Positions 22,808 to 36,840 of a stretch of DNA of 38,872 nt are shown here, in pieces. Each line of letters opens with the position of its first letter. The stretch's first letter is position 1. Source of the DNA: Octopus sinensis. Lineage: Eukaryota. Under the pieces are notes generated by a model. It was given only the letters and a program-made list of their open reading frames with translations, was not told where the DNA came from and ran no database searches. Both the position numbers and the translations under genes were made by a program. Location: the NCBI RefSeq assembly GCF_006345805.1, contig NW_021835733.1, forward strand, positions 1 through 38,872. Reading direction: 5' to 3'.

Positions 22808-23188
22808 GGAGGCGCAATGGCCCAGTGGTTAGGGCAGCGGACTCGCGGTCGTAGGATCGCGGTTTCGATTCCCAGACCGGGCGTTGTGAGTGTTTATTGA
22901 GCGAAAACACCTAAAAGCTCCACGGGGCTCCGGCAGGGGATGGTGGTGATCCCTGCTGTACTCTTTCGCCACAACTTTCTCTCACTCTTTCTTCCTGTTT
23001 CTGTTGTACCTGTATTTCAAAGGGCCGGCCTTGTCACTCTGTGTCACGCTGAATATCCCCGAGAACTACGTTAAAGGTACACGTGTCTGTGGAGTGCTCA
23101 GCCACTTACACGTTAATTTCACGAGCAGGCTGTTCCGTTGGTCGGATCAACCGGAACCCTCATCGTCGTAACCGACGGAGTGCTTCCA
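22808..23188 (+). mobile_element. SINE family 2, full length, with an 11-bp target-site duplication
   Basis: A-box TGGCCCAGTGG and B-box-like GGTTTCGATTCC. ACAGTGATTTA occurs at both 22795-22805 and 23192-23202. Confidence 0.9.
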
Positions 23189-23634
23189 CACACAGTGATT
23201 TATTAACAATATAGATTACTTATTAAAAATATTGATAATATCTTAACAATATAGTTTATAAATCAATATTGATAATGTATTTACAAACAATATTAATAAT
23301 ATATTAACCATATAAACGTAGCTAGCTGTAGTTTGTTGTATTTTGTTTGTTTTCATTTGTTAGTTTACAATTGATATTTCCCGATGTTTGAAATGAAAGA
23401 ATATGGCTGCTTCAAGATGGGTGGGGGCAGATTTTGTTGGGTGTTGATACGTCGGCTTAATTTTTAGGCCCCGTTTAATAGCCTATAATGGAAGAAGTAT
23501 AAATAATAACTTTAAATATTTTATCCAATGAAGTGTTTATTTGACTCTTCTGAAAGTGTGTCTTTTGATTAAATAGGTTTTGTTAATATTTGAGCAAGAA
23601 TTGCATGCGACCGGCCGGAGGACTGACCGGCTTG

Positions 23635-23740
23635 CTGTTGGTTGGTTGGTTGGCTCGCTGGTTGGTTGGTTGGTTGGTTGGCTGGTTGGTTGGTTGGTTG
23701 GTTGGTTGGTTTGGATGCGTGGTTGGTTAGATGGTTAGTT
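23635..23740. repeat. (GGTT)n microsatellite
   Basis: Read directly from the sequence. Confidence 0.9.
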
Positions 23741-23899
23741 AGTTACTCGGTTGGTCACTCGGTCGATTGGAGAGCGTATGAGAGAGAGAGAGGGAGAGAG
23801 AGAGAGAGGGGGAGTCTGTGCGTGTGTATGTAAGGCTCTGCGTACGTACGTGTTTGTGTACATGAGTATGAAATCGATATCAAACACAAGGGAAACAAG

Positions 23900-24194
23900 T
23901 AGTAGCAGTAGTAGTGTAGTAGTAGTTTAGTAGTAGTAGTAGTAGTAGTAGTAGAAGTAGTAGTAGTAGTAGTAGTGGGTGGTGGTGGTGGTGGTGGTGG
24001 TGGTGTGCTGGTGGTGTGCTGGTGGTGCTGGGTGGTGCTGGTGGTGCTGGTGGTGGTGGTAGGTAGTGGTGGTGCTGGTGCTGGTGCTGGTGTGGTGGTG
24101 GTTTATAGTAAGTAGTAGTAGTATAGTAGTGTAGTAGTATAGTTTGTAGTAGTAGTAGTAGTAGTAGCAGTAGTAGTAGTAGTAGTAGTAACAC

Positions 24195-24232
<38 letters not shown>
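23900..24232. repeat. (TAG)n/(GGT)n/(GCT) compound trinucleotide array
   Basis: Read directly from the sequence. Confidence 0.95.
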
Positions 24233-24233
<1 letters not shown>

Positions 24234-25249
24234 CCATTCTGACTCCATTGAACATATATTTTTTCTGTTATAAGAAATTAATTTCAGATATTGGTTTCGC
24301 CCTTGTCCCTCTGTGTACGTGTGTACATAACACGTGGATAGATTCTTTATGTATACACATGCATATACATACATGTGTGTGTGTGTGTAAATGGATGAAT
24401 GTATATATACGTATGTAAATATCTATCTCTATATCTACTTAGCTATGTGTATATGTATGTGCGCGTGCGTGTGTCTATACACACGAGAGAGTGGACAAAC
24501 GAAAAAGAAGCGCTCAACACATTTGGTATTCATATACATATATACATATATGTACCTCTCTCTCTTTATATATATATATATATATATCTATAGTGTAAAT
24601 AAATAAATATCTGCATACATACAAACATATATGGTACTACCTACACTCGACATGTATATATACATGCATATATAAATATATATACACGTGAGTACAGGAC
24701 ACACAGACTAGACGTAGAACTCAACGATAAACGAAAAACGGAAAAACCATTTTTTTACACAGAAAAAACAGAGTACAGGACATACTACACAAGGAAAAAT
24801 CCCCTTCATCAGCTGTCACTAGTTCGGTCTCCAGCGTGTTTCGTCTAAGGCCAGACGGGACACGACTCGCCAAACTAATCCTTCCTGCGAGAGAATTAAA
24901 TAAAATTGCCTCGCAGAGGGGTAAAACAAGCAGAAAACAGGACGTAAAAAACGATACAAATAAAACTACAAATAAAATACAGATAAAAATACATGTACAA
25001 AAAATACAATACGAGAAATAAAAAGAAAATACTACGAGAAATAAAAATAAACAAGAAAAAAACAAGAAAACCACACGAAACAAGGCCTTTTTTCTGGCTG
25101 AGACGGAGGAGATTCTAGACGGAGGAGATTCTGACTCTGGAGACGGCCGTGGAGAGAGAGAGAGAGAGATGAGAAAGACAAGCAGCTGAGAGAGAGATGA
25201 GGAAGAGTGAAGAGAATGAGAGAGGGGAAGTAAAGCAAAATCCGTTCTG

Positions 25250-25830
25250 TTTGTCTGTGTGTTTCTAGGATCTCGGGCATCCTCCATTCGGTTGCGCTCA
25301 ATTTGATAGTAGATACCGACGGTATCAGGGCGTGTATAAGTCCTGAAAAAATTACAAAAATCGATTCCAGGTGAGAATGCGATCGATAAAGCCGTGGGAA
25401 CGTGCATTTGTACGCGCAAGTACATCAGCCGTTGCGATCGATATTACGCGTTCGCGAGAAAAATGCACGTGCAGTTTGCGCAAAAAAGCCGACAGGCTTG
25501 AAATAATGCCACAAAATGCAGTATATTTAAAAAAGTTAAACCATGTTTGTGTTCTCCCAGTCCATTGTGTGTGTGTGTGTGTATGTGTGACGGACTCTCC
25601 CGTCGAAGACAACGTAGGTACGTGCAGCTTTTGCCGAACGACCTATACAAACGATTTGTTAATAGCGATCAAATGTTCGTACCGAACACTAGCTCACACT
25701 GTCCATCAAATCGACGTTGTCTTCACAAGTGCACCGTGTGCCACGCATCAGGTGCCGAAGGGAACGCAGAGCAACGTGAGGTGTTTTGCTCAACAACAGA
25801 ACACACTACCCGGTCTGTAGGAGAGGGGGG
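25250..25830. promoter_or_regulatory. CpG-rich unique region, candidate promoter or enhancer
   Basis: Over 20 CpGs counted by eye in 25261-25500, against an AT-rich background. It contains E-box CACGTG (25466), C/EBP-type TTGCGCAA (25476) and two GATCGATA motifs. Confidence 0.35.
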
Positions 25831-25984
25831 GCGTCGTGTGGGTGTGCGTGCATGTGTGTATCATTTATTATATGTATGTAATATGTATGTATATTTATGT
25901 ACAAGAAAGAATAACTAGTGAAAAATAATATGCTATACACAATGAAGTGTAAATATAATACACTGTCTGTAGGTGCAGATATAC

Positions 25985-25997
25985 ATTATATATATAT

Positions 25998-26067
<70 letters not shown>

Positions 26068-26382
26068 CATCTATATGTAATTTATGTTTTATTTATAGAA
26101 TATTTGTACACACACACACACACACAGACGACGGCTGTATATGCAATAGTATATAATATGATTAAAATACGTGTTCTGTAGTCACTGTTAAAGGTTATTT
26201 GGTGCAACTATCTTGGTTTTACCATTCTTTTGTTCCTTTGTTTCGCAGCAACACTATCTCGAGGAATTTATTGTGGCATTGTTTGATGCTTTGTTTGGCG
26301 CTAGATGAAAAATTACACACACCTACACACATACACACACAGACAAATGCACATACAAAGATACACATATATATATATATGC

Positions 26383-26418
<36 letters not shown>

Positions 26419-26499
26419 ATGTATGTTCGTATGTATGTATGTATGTATGTATATGTATATATAAATATACATAGATAGATAGATAGATAGATAGATACA

Positions 26500-26553
<54 letters not shown>

Positions 26554-26613
26554 TACATACATACATTACATACATAAGGACATACATACATATGGATCTA
26601 TATATACATATCG

Positions 26614-26661
<48 letters not shown>

Positions 26662-26748
26662 GTATGTATGAATACACATAAACGTAGCACCTGTATATTT
26701 GCTCCTATACACTTGTTGTATATGTATAGGTATATTTATGCTTAGTGT

Positions 26749-26790
<42 letters not shown>
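25985..26790. repeat. Cluster of (TA)n, (TATG)n, (ATAG)n and (GA)n microsatellites with short unique spacers
   Basis: Read directly from the sequence. Confidence 0.85.
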
Positions 26791-26797
<7 letters not shown>

Positions 26798-27039
26798 GGG
26801 GGGACCCAATTACAAATATCGGACACCTGCAAAATTATTTACTTCTCAAACAAAAGACTTCACAGAATAATTGTTGTTCTGCCGTTATTTCTCCTTTTAT
26901 TCCAAACATGTTTGTTTTTCCTCTCATGCTTCGGTTTCCGTATTTCGATTCTTCTTAAGATTTCTTGACTCTTTTCTTTTTTTTTTTTTTTTTGGTTCCA
27001 AGAATTATAATTAGCATTTTACTCGCTATTGCTGCTTTT

Positions 27040-27295
27040 GTTGTTGTTGTTCTTTTGGTTGTTATTGAGATGGTGGTGGTGGTGGGTGTGGCGGTGCTAG
27101 TGGTGGTGGCGGCGGCGACGGCGGCGGTGGTGATGGTGGTACTGGTGGTGGTGGTGGTGGTGGTGGTGGTGGTGGTGGTGGTGGTACTGGTGGTGGTGGT
27201 GGTGGTGGTGGTGGTAGTGGTGGCGGCGGCGGTGGTAGTGGTGGTGGTGGTGGTGGTGGTTGTGGTGGTGGGGGTGTGGTGGGGGTGGGTGGTAT
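27040..27295. repeat. (GTT)n/(GGT)n/(GGC)n trinucleotide array
   Basis: Read directly from the sequence. Confidence 0.95.
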
Positions 27296-27893
27296 TAATG
27301 CGCTTTTTTTTTTCTTAGCCTTGTTGATGAGATTTCTGATCGAGTTATCTAATAGAATAAATCGTTCCTGCCGTGACCGTAGCATTTATGCTTTAAGTCA
27401 ATGTCTATTCAAATTCATTATTTGTTACGACCTTTAATTTCAAGCAGCAAAGTTAAATTTTAAACAGATGTCATTGCTATTTCTAGTATTTATAGCTAGC
27501 ACACAATACTCCCATCATATTTTTGCAATTGATTTAGCCAAACTCAGAGCAGACCAACCATCGAAGGTACTCCTGTGTGCTCACAACTATCTCCTTATTT
27601 TTAGGGGTTTTTTCAGCTGATAATTAACAAGTTCTTTGCCAGAGGTCCATGTTCCTTCTCTTGTCTGACCCACATAGGCGGGTGATTCTTCTTCTTCTTA
27701 GACGACTGTTTTTAAGGGTCTGTACCTCCCTAATTTTGTGTGAGTACAATACGCATACATACGAATCCATTCATTTGTAAAAGTATACATTTTTTTCATT
27801 GATTGTCTTGTATTTTTAAGAAGCTTATAATTATTCCATGTCAACAATACTCCACTCAGTAGCATGGTTTGTACAACAGATGGTACCCCCTCT

Positions 27894-28134
27894 TTTAATA
27901 AAAGGCGGCGAGCTGGCAGAAACGTTGGCGCGTCGGGCGAAACGCTTTGCGGCATTTCGTCTGCCGCTACGTTCTGTGTTCAAATTCCGCCGAGGTCGAC
28001 TTTGCCTTTCATCCTTTCGGGGTCGATTAAATAAGTACCAGTTACGCACTGGGGTCGTTGTAATCGACTTAATCCGTTTGTCTGTCCTTGTTTGCCCCCT
28101 CTGTGTGTAGCCCCTTGTGGGCAGTAAAGAAATA
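27894..28134 (+). mobile_element. SINE family 3, full length, with a 16-bp target-site duplication and an L1/Tx1-like tail
   Basis: Head ggcggcgagctggcagaaacg...gttcaaattcc. AGATGGTACCCCCTCT occurs at both 27878-27893 and 28135-28150. Confidence 0.9.
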
Positions 28135-28771
28135 AGATGGTACCCCCTCTGTTGTGGGTAGTTAAAAGGTACAGTCTGGCTATTTATAAAACGTTGAAAC
28201 GAATGGTTTTTGCATATACGGTGTAGTCTATCGACTACATTTGTTTACAGACAAAATGGACGGACACCTGCATGATGTCCTTCCCATTTTAATAAAAGCT
28301 GTCAATATTAGCAAATAAAATATGCTGCAAGACCGGAACTGTTAACGGAACTTCGTAACAACAATTACGAAAAGTTAGAATGCTTACTTATGCAAACAGA
28401 TTTGGGATGGCTATCAAAAGATAATTGCTTTTGTCGTCTTTAGATCGGATTTTGTGTCATTTCTTACTAGTAAACAGCTTGGTGAACGCTGCTACTGCTG
28501 CTGCTGCCAGCTGTTACATAGTTTATCTGTCAGACTATTTCAGATGCTCAATTTGCTGAACAAACTACCAATGTTTATCTTAGATCTTGCAAAGTGTCTA
28601 TTACTGCTTTCATTATAAAACTCAAGCTATGATACATAACATCGTGAGATGATGTAGCTTTTCACTTTGCTTACTGTTAACTATAGAGTGTAAGATGATA
28701 TTGTTTTCCTGTCTATGTTAAGAATTTGAAGCATTTATTCTGTTAATTATTTATTCTATAAAGCATTTATA

Positions 28772-29190
28772 GGCGCAGGAGTGGCTGTGTGGTAAGTAGC
28801 TTGCTAACCAACCACATGATTCCGGGTACAGTCCCACTGCGTGGCATCTTGGGCAAGTGTCTTCTGCTATAGCCCCGGGCCGACCAATGCTTTGATGGAT
28901 TTGGGAGACGAAACTGAAAGAAGCCTGTCGTATATATGTATATATATATATTATAAGTGTGCGTGTTGTTGTTTGTGTGTCTGTGTTTGTCCCCCTAGCA
29001 TTGCTTGACAACCGATGCTGGTGTGTTTACGTCCCCCGTCACTTAGCGGTTCGGCAAAAGAGACCGTTAGAATAAGTAACTGGGCTTTACAAAAGAATAA
29101 GTCCCGGGGGTCGATTTGCTCGACTAAGGCGGGTGCTCCAGCACGGCCGCCGAGTCAAATGACTGAAACAAGTAAAAGAGTAAAAGAGTA
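28772..29190 (+). mobile_element. SINE family 1, full length
   Basis: ggcgcaggagtggctgtgtggtaag through to a (GAGTAAAA)n tail. Confidence 0.9.
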
Positions 29191-30599
29191 TTCATACAAA
29201 GATGCGGAAGTACAGTGCAGCGGCTTAGAAGAGATGAGCTTGCCAAGATGGGCAGCAGATCTACTTGGAACAAGTACAACACTTGATAACGTCAGGCTGT
29301 AGGATCACTTCACTGATCTGCGGAGTGACAAGAAAGCAGTTCCAATTAGATAGTCAAATATAATTGATAGAAAATTAGTGAAATTGCGAAGACTTTCCCA
29401 CTTCCGTAGAAGACAATAAATTTGTATGGTATGCTAATCTCATTGCTGCTAATTATCCTCTGAAGTTTAATCTACCTCTTTAAATAATCAAAATCCATAC
29501 TGGATAATGGAAATTTAAATATTACTAGAAGGCATGGTGGTCATGTGGTCATGGGACGCCTTTCATCCTTGATCTGCTACATGTGAAATTATTTGGCTTG
29601 AAAGAACATCAAACACAATAATACGACGTAAAAATGACGGAGCTTCCCTGTGCTTGTTTGATGTGCTAGAAATAACAGCCACATCTCTGTCGATGCCTTG
29701 CTCTGCGGCCCAGATAGATAAGCATCTCGACTTATTCATTGCTAATATGTATAGCCTGATTCGCAAAGGTGGATACATCCTGATGTCGAGTAACAAGAAT
29801 TTTGAAGTTTCTAGAAAAACCCTCCGTGGATGACAGAAAAATGTTTTTAAGGTAACACTGAATAATTATAGGAGGAGGAGGAGGGGCAGCAGCACTACTG
29901 TCTTTGAACAATGGTAATATTCTAGTTTAACATGAGATTAGATGGAAAGAAAATCTTGGATTTGTTCGAATAGAAAAAAAAAAAACCAGAGCTCCACAGC
30001 AATGGGATAAAAAAAAAAGAAGAAGATCAGACGCAAAACAAACGTTACTCAAGTAAAACTAGGAAACGTGGAGATGTTCTTTACACGACGTTGATGGCAA
30101 AAATGTGTTGAAGTCTATTGCAGTATATTGCTGTTTCTATTAGAGAATGGCATCAATTTAAAGACATCAAACGCTAAGGAGGAGAGATGAAAGCCATTTT
30201 GGCATCTCTGGATTATTGATTTCACATAAAAGAAGAAATGTTTTCAGGCATTGTGTGTGTGTATGACTGACTGGTGAATAAGCATTGAGTTTGAAAAATA
30301 AATGGCACCGAACTGTTGTTGGCGCTATTGTTTGCTGTAGTAGTTGTTGTTGTTGTTGTGGTTGTTGTTGTTGTTGTGGTAATTGGTGTGTCAGTGTTTG
30401 TTGCTGTTGCTTTTGTTGGTGTTGTTTGCAGATTGTTTGGTAGTAAGGAGGTGTTACTCTGCTTCGTTTGTATTCCTCTGTTGTTTAGTTCGGGACGAAA
30501 GGTCAAGACATGACTGAGAGACTGTCAAACAGAAAAGGGGCGAGGGAAAAAGGGGGCTACGTTGATAACATTAAGCAGAATATAAATTGAAACGGCGCC

Positions 30600-31130
<531 letters not shown>

Positions 31131-31139
31131 GAGAGAAGA

Positions 31140-31263
31140 TTTTTTTCTCAAAGAGTTAAGATTGAGATAGGAACCTTTTAGAAAGTCGAAAGACACTAAG
31201 ACTTTGGAGTCTTTCGACTTTCTAAAAAGGTTCCTTTCTCAGTCTTAATCTTTGAGAAAAAAA
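31140..31263. repeat. Imperfect inverted repeat (about 55-bp arms, 14-bp spacer)
   Basis: The left arm tttttttctcaaag...agaaagtcgaaagac pairs with the right arm gtctttcgactttct...ctttgagaaaaaaa. Confidence 0.85.
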
Positions 31264-31541
31264 TATTCTTTCCAAATATTATAACTGTATCAAGGAATTT
31301 CCAAAACACAGTAAATACATATATATGTGTGTGTGTGTGTGTATTCAATATCTATATGTATGTATATATATATATATGTGTTGTGTGTGTGTGTGTGTGT
31401 GTGTATGCATATGTATATATATATATTTTATATGTATGTACGTGTGTATATATATATATAATATATAATATATATATAGAGAGAGAGAGAAGAGAGAGAG
31501 AGAGGGAGTGAGATAGAGACAGAGAGAGAGAAAGAGAGAGA

Positions 31542-31884
31542 GTTGCAGAGGCGTGGTTATGGGTAAGATGCCTGCTTACCAATCAGAGTGTTCCAGGTTC
31601 GGTTCCACTGCGTAGCACCTTGGGCAAATGTCATCTACTATAGCCTCGGGACGACCAAAGCTTTGTGAGTGGATTTGGTAGAAGGAAACTGAAAGAATCC
31701 CATCGTATATATATTTTTTCTATTTCCTTGTCACCCCACCTTCGCTTGACAACTGATGTTGGTGTGTTTACCTCTCCATAACTTAGCAGTTCGCTAAAAG
31801 AGACCAATAGAATAAGTCCTGGGGTCGATTTGCTTGACTAAAGTCGGTACTACCAGCATTGTTTCAGTCAAAGAGTAAAAGAGT
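31542..31884 (+). mobile_element. SINE family 1, diverged copy
   Basis: Aligns with the other copies and has internal deletions. Confidence 0.85.
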
Positions 31885-31964
31885 ATATATATATATATAT
31901 ATAATATATATATTATGTAATATATATATATAATATATATGATATATATATGCATATATATACT

Positions 31965-31996
<32 letters not shown>

Positions 31997-32897
31997 TGTA
32001 TGTATGTTATTGTATGTATATATGTATGTATGTATGTATAAAAGTAAATGTCAGTGTATAGTTACATACATTAAACAAGAAGCGATGAGAAAGTGCGAAT
32101 ATTTTGTTATAGATCCCAAATACCCCCAAAGGATGAGAGAACTTAATACATTTAAAGACTCGGCCCTATAGTATGACTGGTAGTTTCATCTCAAGCAAGA
32201 AATCTCGGACCACTGGAATGCTTGTGAATTGGGAATTAGAAGTATAATGCGCGCCGCGCGTGTCTGTGTTTTACAGAGTTGCTATTATGATGGGGAAGGC
32301 GATATTTTCAGTTATATTTGTTTTCATTTGGGAGGCGATTATTTTCTGCGGGTCAGTTTGAGGACCCGCTTTTCATTGGGCAGGTCAATGAAATTTGTTA
32401 AAAATAATTGTCTCTTTTGTATATAAGAGACAAAACAATCAGGTTTAATTAGTCTCTCGGTGGTGTTGTGTATGAATGAGTGAGGTGGTGTGACGATTTA
32501 TCAGAGGCTCATTAGTATAGGCAGTTTCTTTATTTGTAAAAATTACATTTAAAAAATGGGTTTCGTAGTCTATTAAGAAAGGAATAATTAATTAGTAATG
32601 AAACAATTGAAATGTTCATTAGTGAGATTCTATGCTTACACGCAAATTAATTTGTTGATAGAATGTGTAGTGTAGAGTGTTGGCAGACGAGGTTGAGAAT
32701 CGATGTTGGCAGAGCATATTACGGGAAGCAGGTGCTTAAATGTACAGATATATATGGGAGGGTGGGGCGGTATGAGTGTGTGTCTTTACATATGTTCACA
32801 CGCTTATTAATAATTTTATACGCAATACGCATATCTACAGAAACATGTTCTTACGCATTTAATTGGATTTATCATTAAATTAGAAATTAAACGGAAT

Positions 32898-32937
<40 letters not shown>

Positions 32938-33029
32938 ACACACATACACATACATACACAGCGTAGTGCGGAAAGACAGTCGCGGAAAAGAACTCACAGG
33001 TTGTTTTAATGAAGAAAGCCATATAATAT

Positions 33030-34070
<1,041 letters not shown>

Positions 34071-34099
34071 TCCTTTCAAAATGTGACCCGTCGTGTTAC

Positions 34100-34290
34100 C
34101 GTTGTCGATTTTTTTTTCCTCTGTCTTCCCTTCTCTGGATCTTTCCTTCTCCTATGTTTCCGACGAAGATCTCCGCTCGAAACGTTTAAACCCACCTTCT
34201 TTCCTTCTTTCCTGAGCGTCCCATAATACTATATTTGTTCCACGTCCTCGGTTGTTGTGTTTTTTTGTTCTTTCTTGTTTGGATTAACTT
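34100..34290 (+). mobile_element. Short repeat family B, copy 1 (hammerhead-like motif, possibly Penelope-derived)
   Basis: Inverted homolog of 37370-37545. It contains GTTT-CCGACGA-A-GATC(TCC)GCTC-GAAACGTT and ends in (TA)n. Confidence 0.65.
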
Positions 34291-34450
34291 ATATATATAT
34301 ATAGATATATATATATATATAATAATATAGATATATATATTATATAATTATATAATATATATATATATATATAGGAGCACTCCGTCGGTTAGACACTATA
34401 ACAAGGAAATATGTGCGACGCTCTTCCGGTCCTGCCACTTCATAGCTCTC

Positions 34451-34670
34451 AATGATCGTTTCTAACATCAGTAAAAGGCTTGAAATTATGGGATAGGGTG
34501 ATATTCGGTACAATCGTCCCCAGTGAATGACTGGTATTTAAATTATCCATCCCGTATAAATGAAAGGCAAATATTACCTCAGCCAGGTTTGAACTCAAAG
34601 CCCAAATAGTTGGCACAAATACGGCATAGCATTTTGTTCGACGCTCTCAAATTTTTGATATCCACTGCCT
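34451..34670 (-). mobile_element. SINE family 3, highly diverged copy
   Basis: Reverse complement resembles the family 3 body (tttgcctttcat...gataatttaaataccagt...ctggggacgat). Confidence 0.55.
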
Positions 34671-34829
34671 GAAGACACAACAAGAATAAGAATGAGAAAA
34701 CAGCAAACATTGATGTCAAATGGTATAATGGATCTGTTTTAAGTTAATGGAATTCGATATTCTCGTAGAGGTAAATGTCTTGATCAGAGATACCACACTA
34801 ATACCCATGTCGTGGAATTCTGATAACCT

Positions 34830-35158
34830 ATTGATTAGGGTATACGACTCGCGATCGGAAGGTGGTGAGTTTGATTCCGAGCGGCGCGTTGTGCCCTTGA
34901 GCAAGGCACTTTACTTCACGTTGCTCCAGCTGGCAAAAATTAGATGTATCTGTATTTCAATGGGCCAATCTAGTCCGTTCTGTGTCATGCTGAATGAATC
35001 TCCCTGAGAACTACGTTAAGGGTGTGCATGTCTGTGGAGTGCTCAGCCACTTGTACGTTAATTTCACGAGGAGGCTGTTCAAAGGAACATCTAATCAACG
35101 GGACAGCCGTTAATCAGATCAACTGGAACATGCATCGTCGTATCCGACGGAGTGCCAG
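34830..35158 (+). mobile_element. tRNA-headed CORE-like SINE with the family 2 tail
   Basis: gtgcccttgagcaaggcactttacttcacgttgctccag, and the tail gagaactacgttaagggt...gtcgtatccgacggagtgc. Confidence 0.8.
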
Positions 35159-36088
35159 TAAGCTCTTGTAAGATAAAAGCTGGAGAAAATCAACAGAACA
35201 TCGAATGAAATCCCTTGTGGTATTTTATCACATCCCTTTGCCTTCTGGATTGAAATCCCTCCGTGATTAAGTTCACATTTATTCCTTGTGGGTGGATAAA
35301 CAATAAAGCACCATCCTAGCAGCACAAATGCCGATATAATCGACTCCCGTTCACTTCAATGTAAAGCCCTCTGCCCTGAATTAAAAATCGTTAACTTTGG
35401 CTCCTGTGCAATTCATTATCCACAGAGAATAACTTTGAATAATTTCCACAGAAAGCAAAACGTGTTTCTGGTTGAAGAAAATTATTTTAATTTATTCTAA
35501 TGTTAAACACAAATATTCCAGTTGCGTAACAAAAAATATCGGAAATTTTCGGAACAAACTATGCAGAAATAATGAAACACAAGGGAGGCAAAACAGGCCA
35601 ATAACTTTTTGAATTGAATCTGTAACTAACAAACCATTTCGAATATTTTATCAACTAAAGCCAACTAAACAGCATTGTTCTAATTAATGAGATACTCGAA
35701 GCTTGATTGGATGAGGGAAGGAGAATCAAATATACTCTGTCTCTGTTGAAGTTTGATTTGGGATTTTTGTTTTTTCTTTGACAATTCTTATTGATCGATT
35801 TTCAATTTAAAATGTTAAAAAAACTTTATACGACAATCAATCAGTAGAACAAAGGTTATATTTTCTCATTTTAGTTTTTTCTTCTACTTCCTCCTCCTTC
35901 TCCTCCCCCTGCTCCTCTCCTTCCTCTTATTTTCTTCTTCGTCTTCTTTTTCGTCTTCTCAGCGGGATAGCGTATGGGTGGGTCGGGGAATGAAACGAAG
36001 AAGAAACGACCAACTGCGCAAAAACAATGTGAAAACAAAAAATTGGGTAAGAGATATTTTAAAATTATTTCATCAAACAAGATGTATA

Positions 36089-36127
<39 letters not shown>

Positions 36128-36693
36128 CATTATCAGTTGAGTAACTCTGCTTATAGCATTAAAGAAAATTGATTTCTTAGGCAAAAAAAAAGCCGCAAAT
36201 ATGGAGGGGAAATGGGGAAGGAGAAGAAGCAAGAGAAGTATACAGCAGGAGGGGCAGGAAGAGCAGAAGGAACAGAAGTAGGAGCAAGAGAAGGAAGAGG
36301 AGGAACAGTAGGAGCAAGAGAAGGAAGAGGAGGAACAGCAGGAGGAGAACGGCACGACGACGACGAACAGGGTAAGAGAAGGAGGAGAAGGTGGTGAAAC
36401 GAGATTGCGTAATAACTGAGCGAAAGTTGTGAAGGTCATTAGCAAAAGTAGATTGGCTTGAGTCAGAAATATGTTTGGTAACGTTCAGTTGCTAGGGGCC
36501 TCCCCTTATTCCGTAAAGCCTTTAATATTTTTAATATCTCGATTAATATCGAATGCTCGTTTAATATCGATTTTCTTTTCTCTTTTTTTTTTCTTTTGTT
36601 TGTGTACGTGTTTTGGCTTCAGAACAAGGTTTCAAATGTTGCTGTTAGTACTGCTACTGTCGTTGCTATTTCGGTTCTCATTGTTCTTGTTGT

Positions 36694-36748
<55 letters not shown>

Positions 36749-36776
36749 GATGATGATGATGATTATGATGATGATT
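36694..36776. repeat. (GAT)n microsatellite
   Basis: Read directly from the sequence. Confidence 0.95.
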
Positions 36777-36840
36777 AATAGAGTATCAGTCAAGATAGTG
36801 GTCTGTTTTCTCTTCTCTCTTGGAATCAGCTATGCAATGT

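Noticed and set aside
22808-22880. tRNA-like sequences with A and B boxes (also 11937, 20670-20741, 27904, 28772)
   Set aside because: They are SINE heads continuous with SINE bodies and do not form full cloverleafs, so they are not called tRNA genes.
24721-25425. Longest ORF (234 aa, minus strand)
   Set aside because: The Phe/Leu/Ser-rich composition follows from the T-rich and CT-repeat strand bias. There is no recognisable domain.
36278-36338. About 30-bp tandem duplication in a purine-rich tract
   Set aside because: Ordinary slippage in low-complexity GA-rich sequence.
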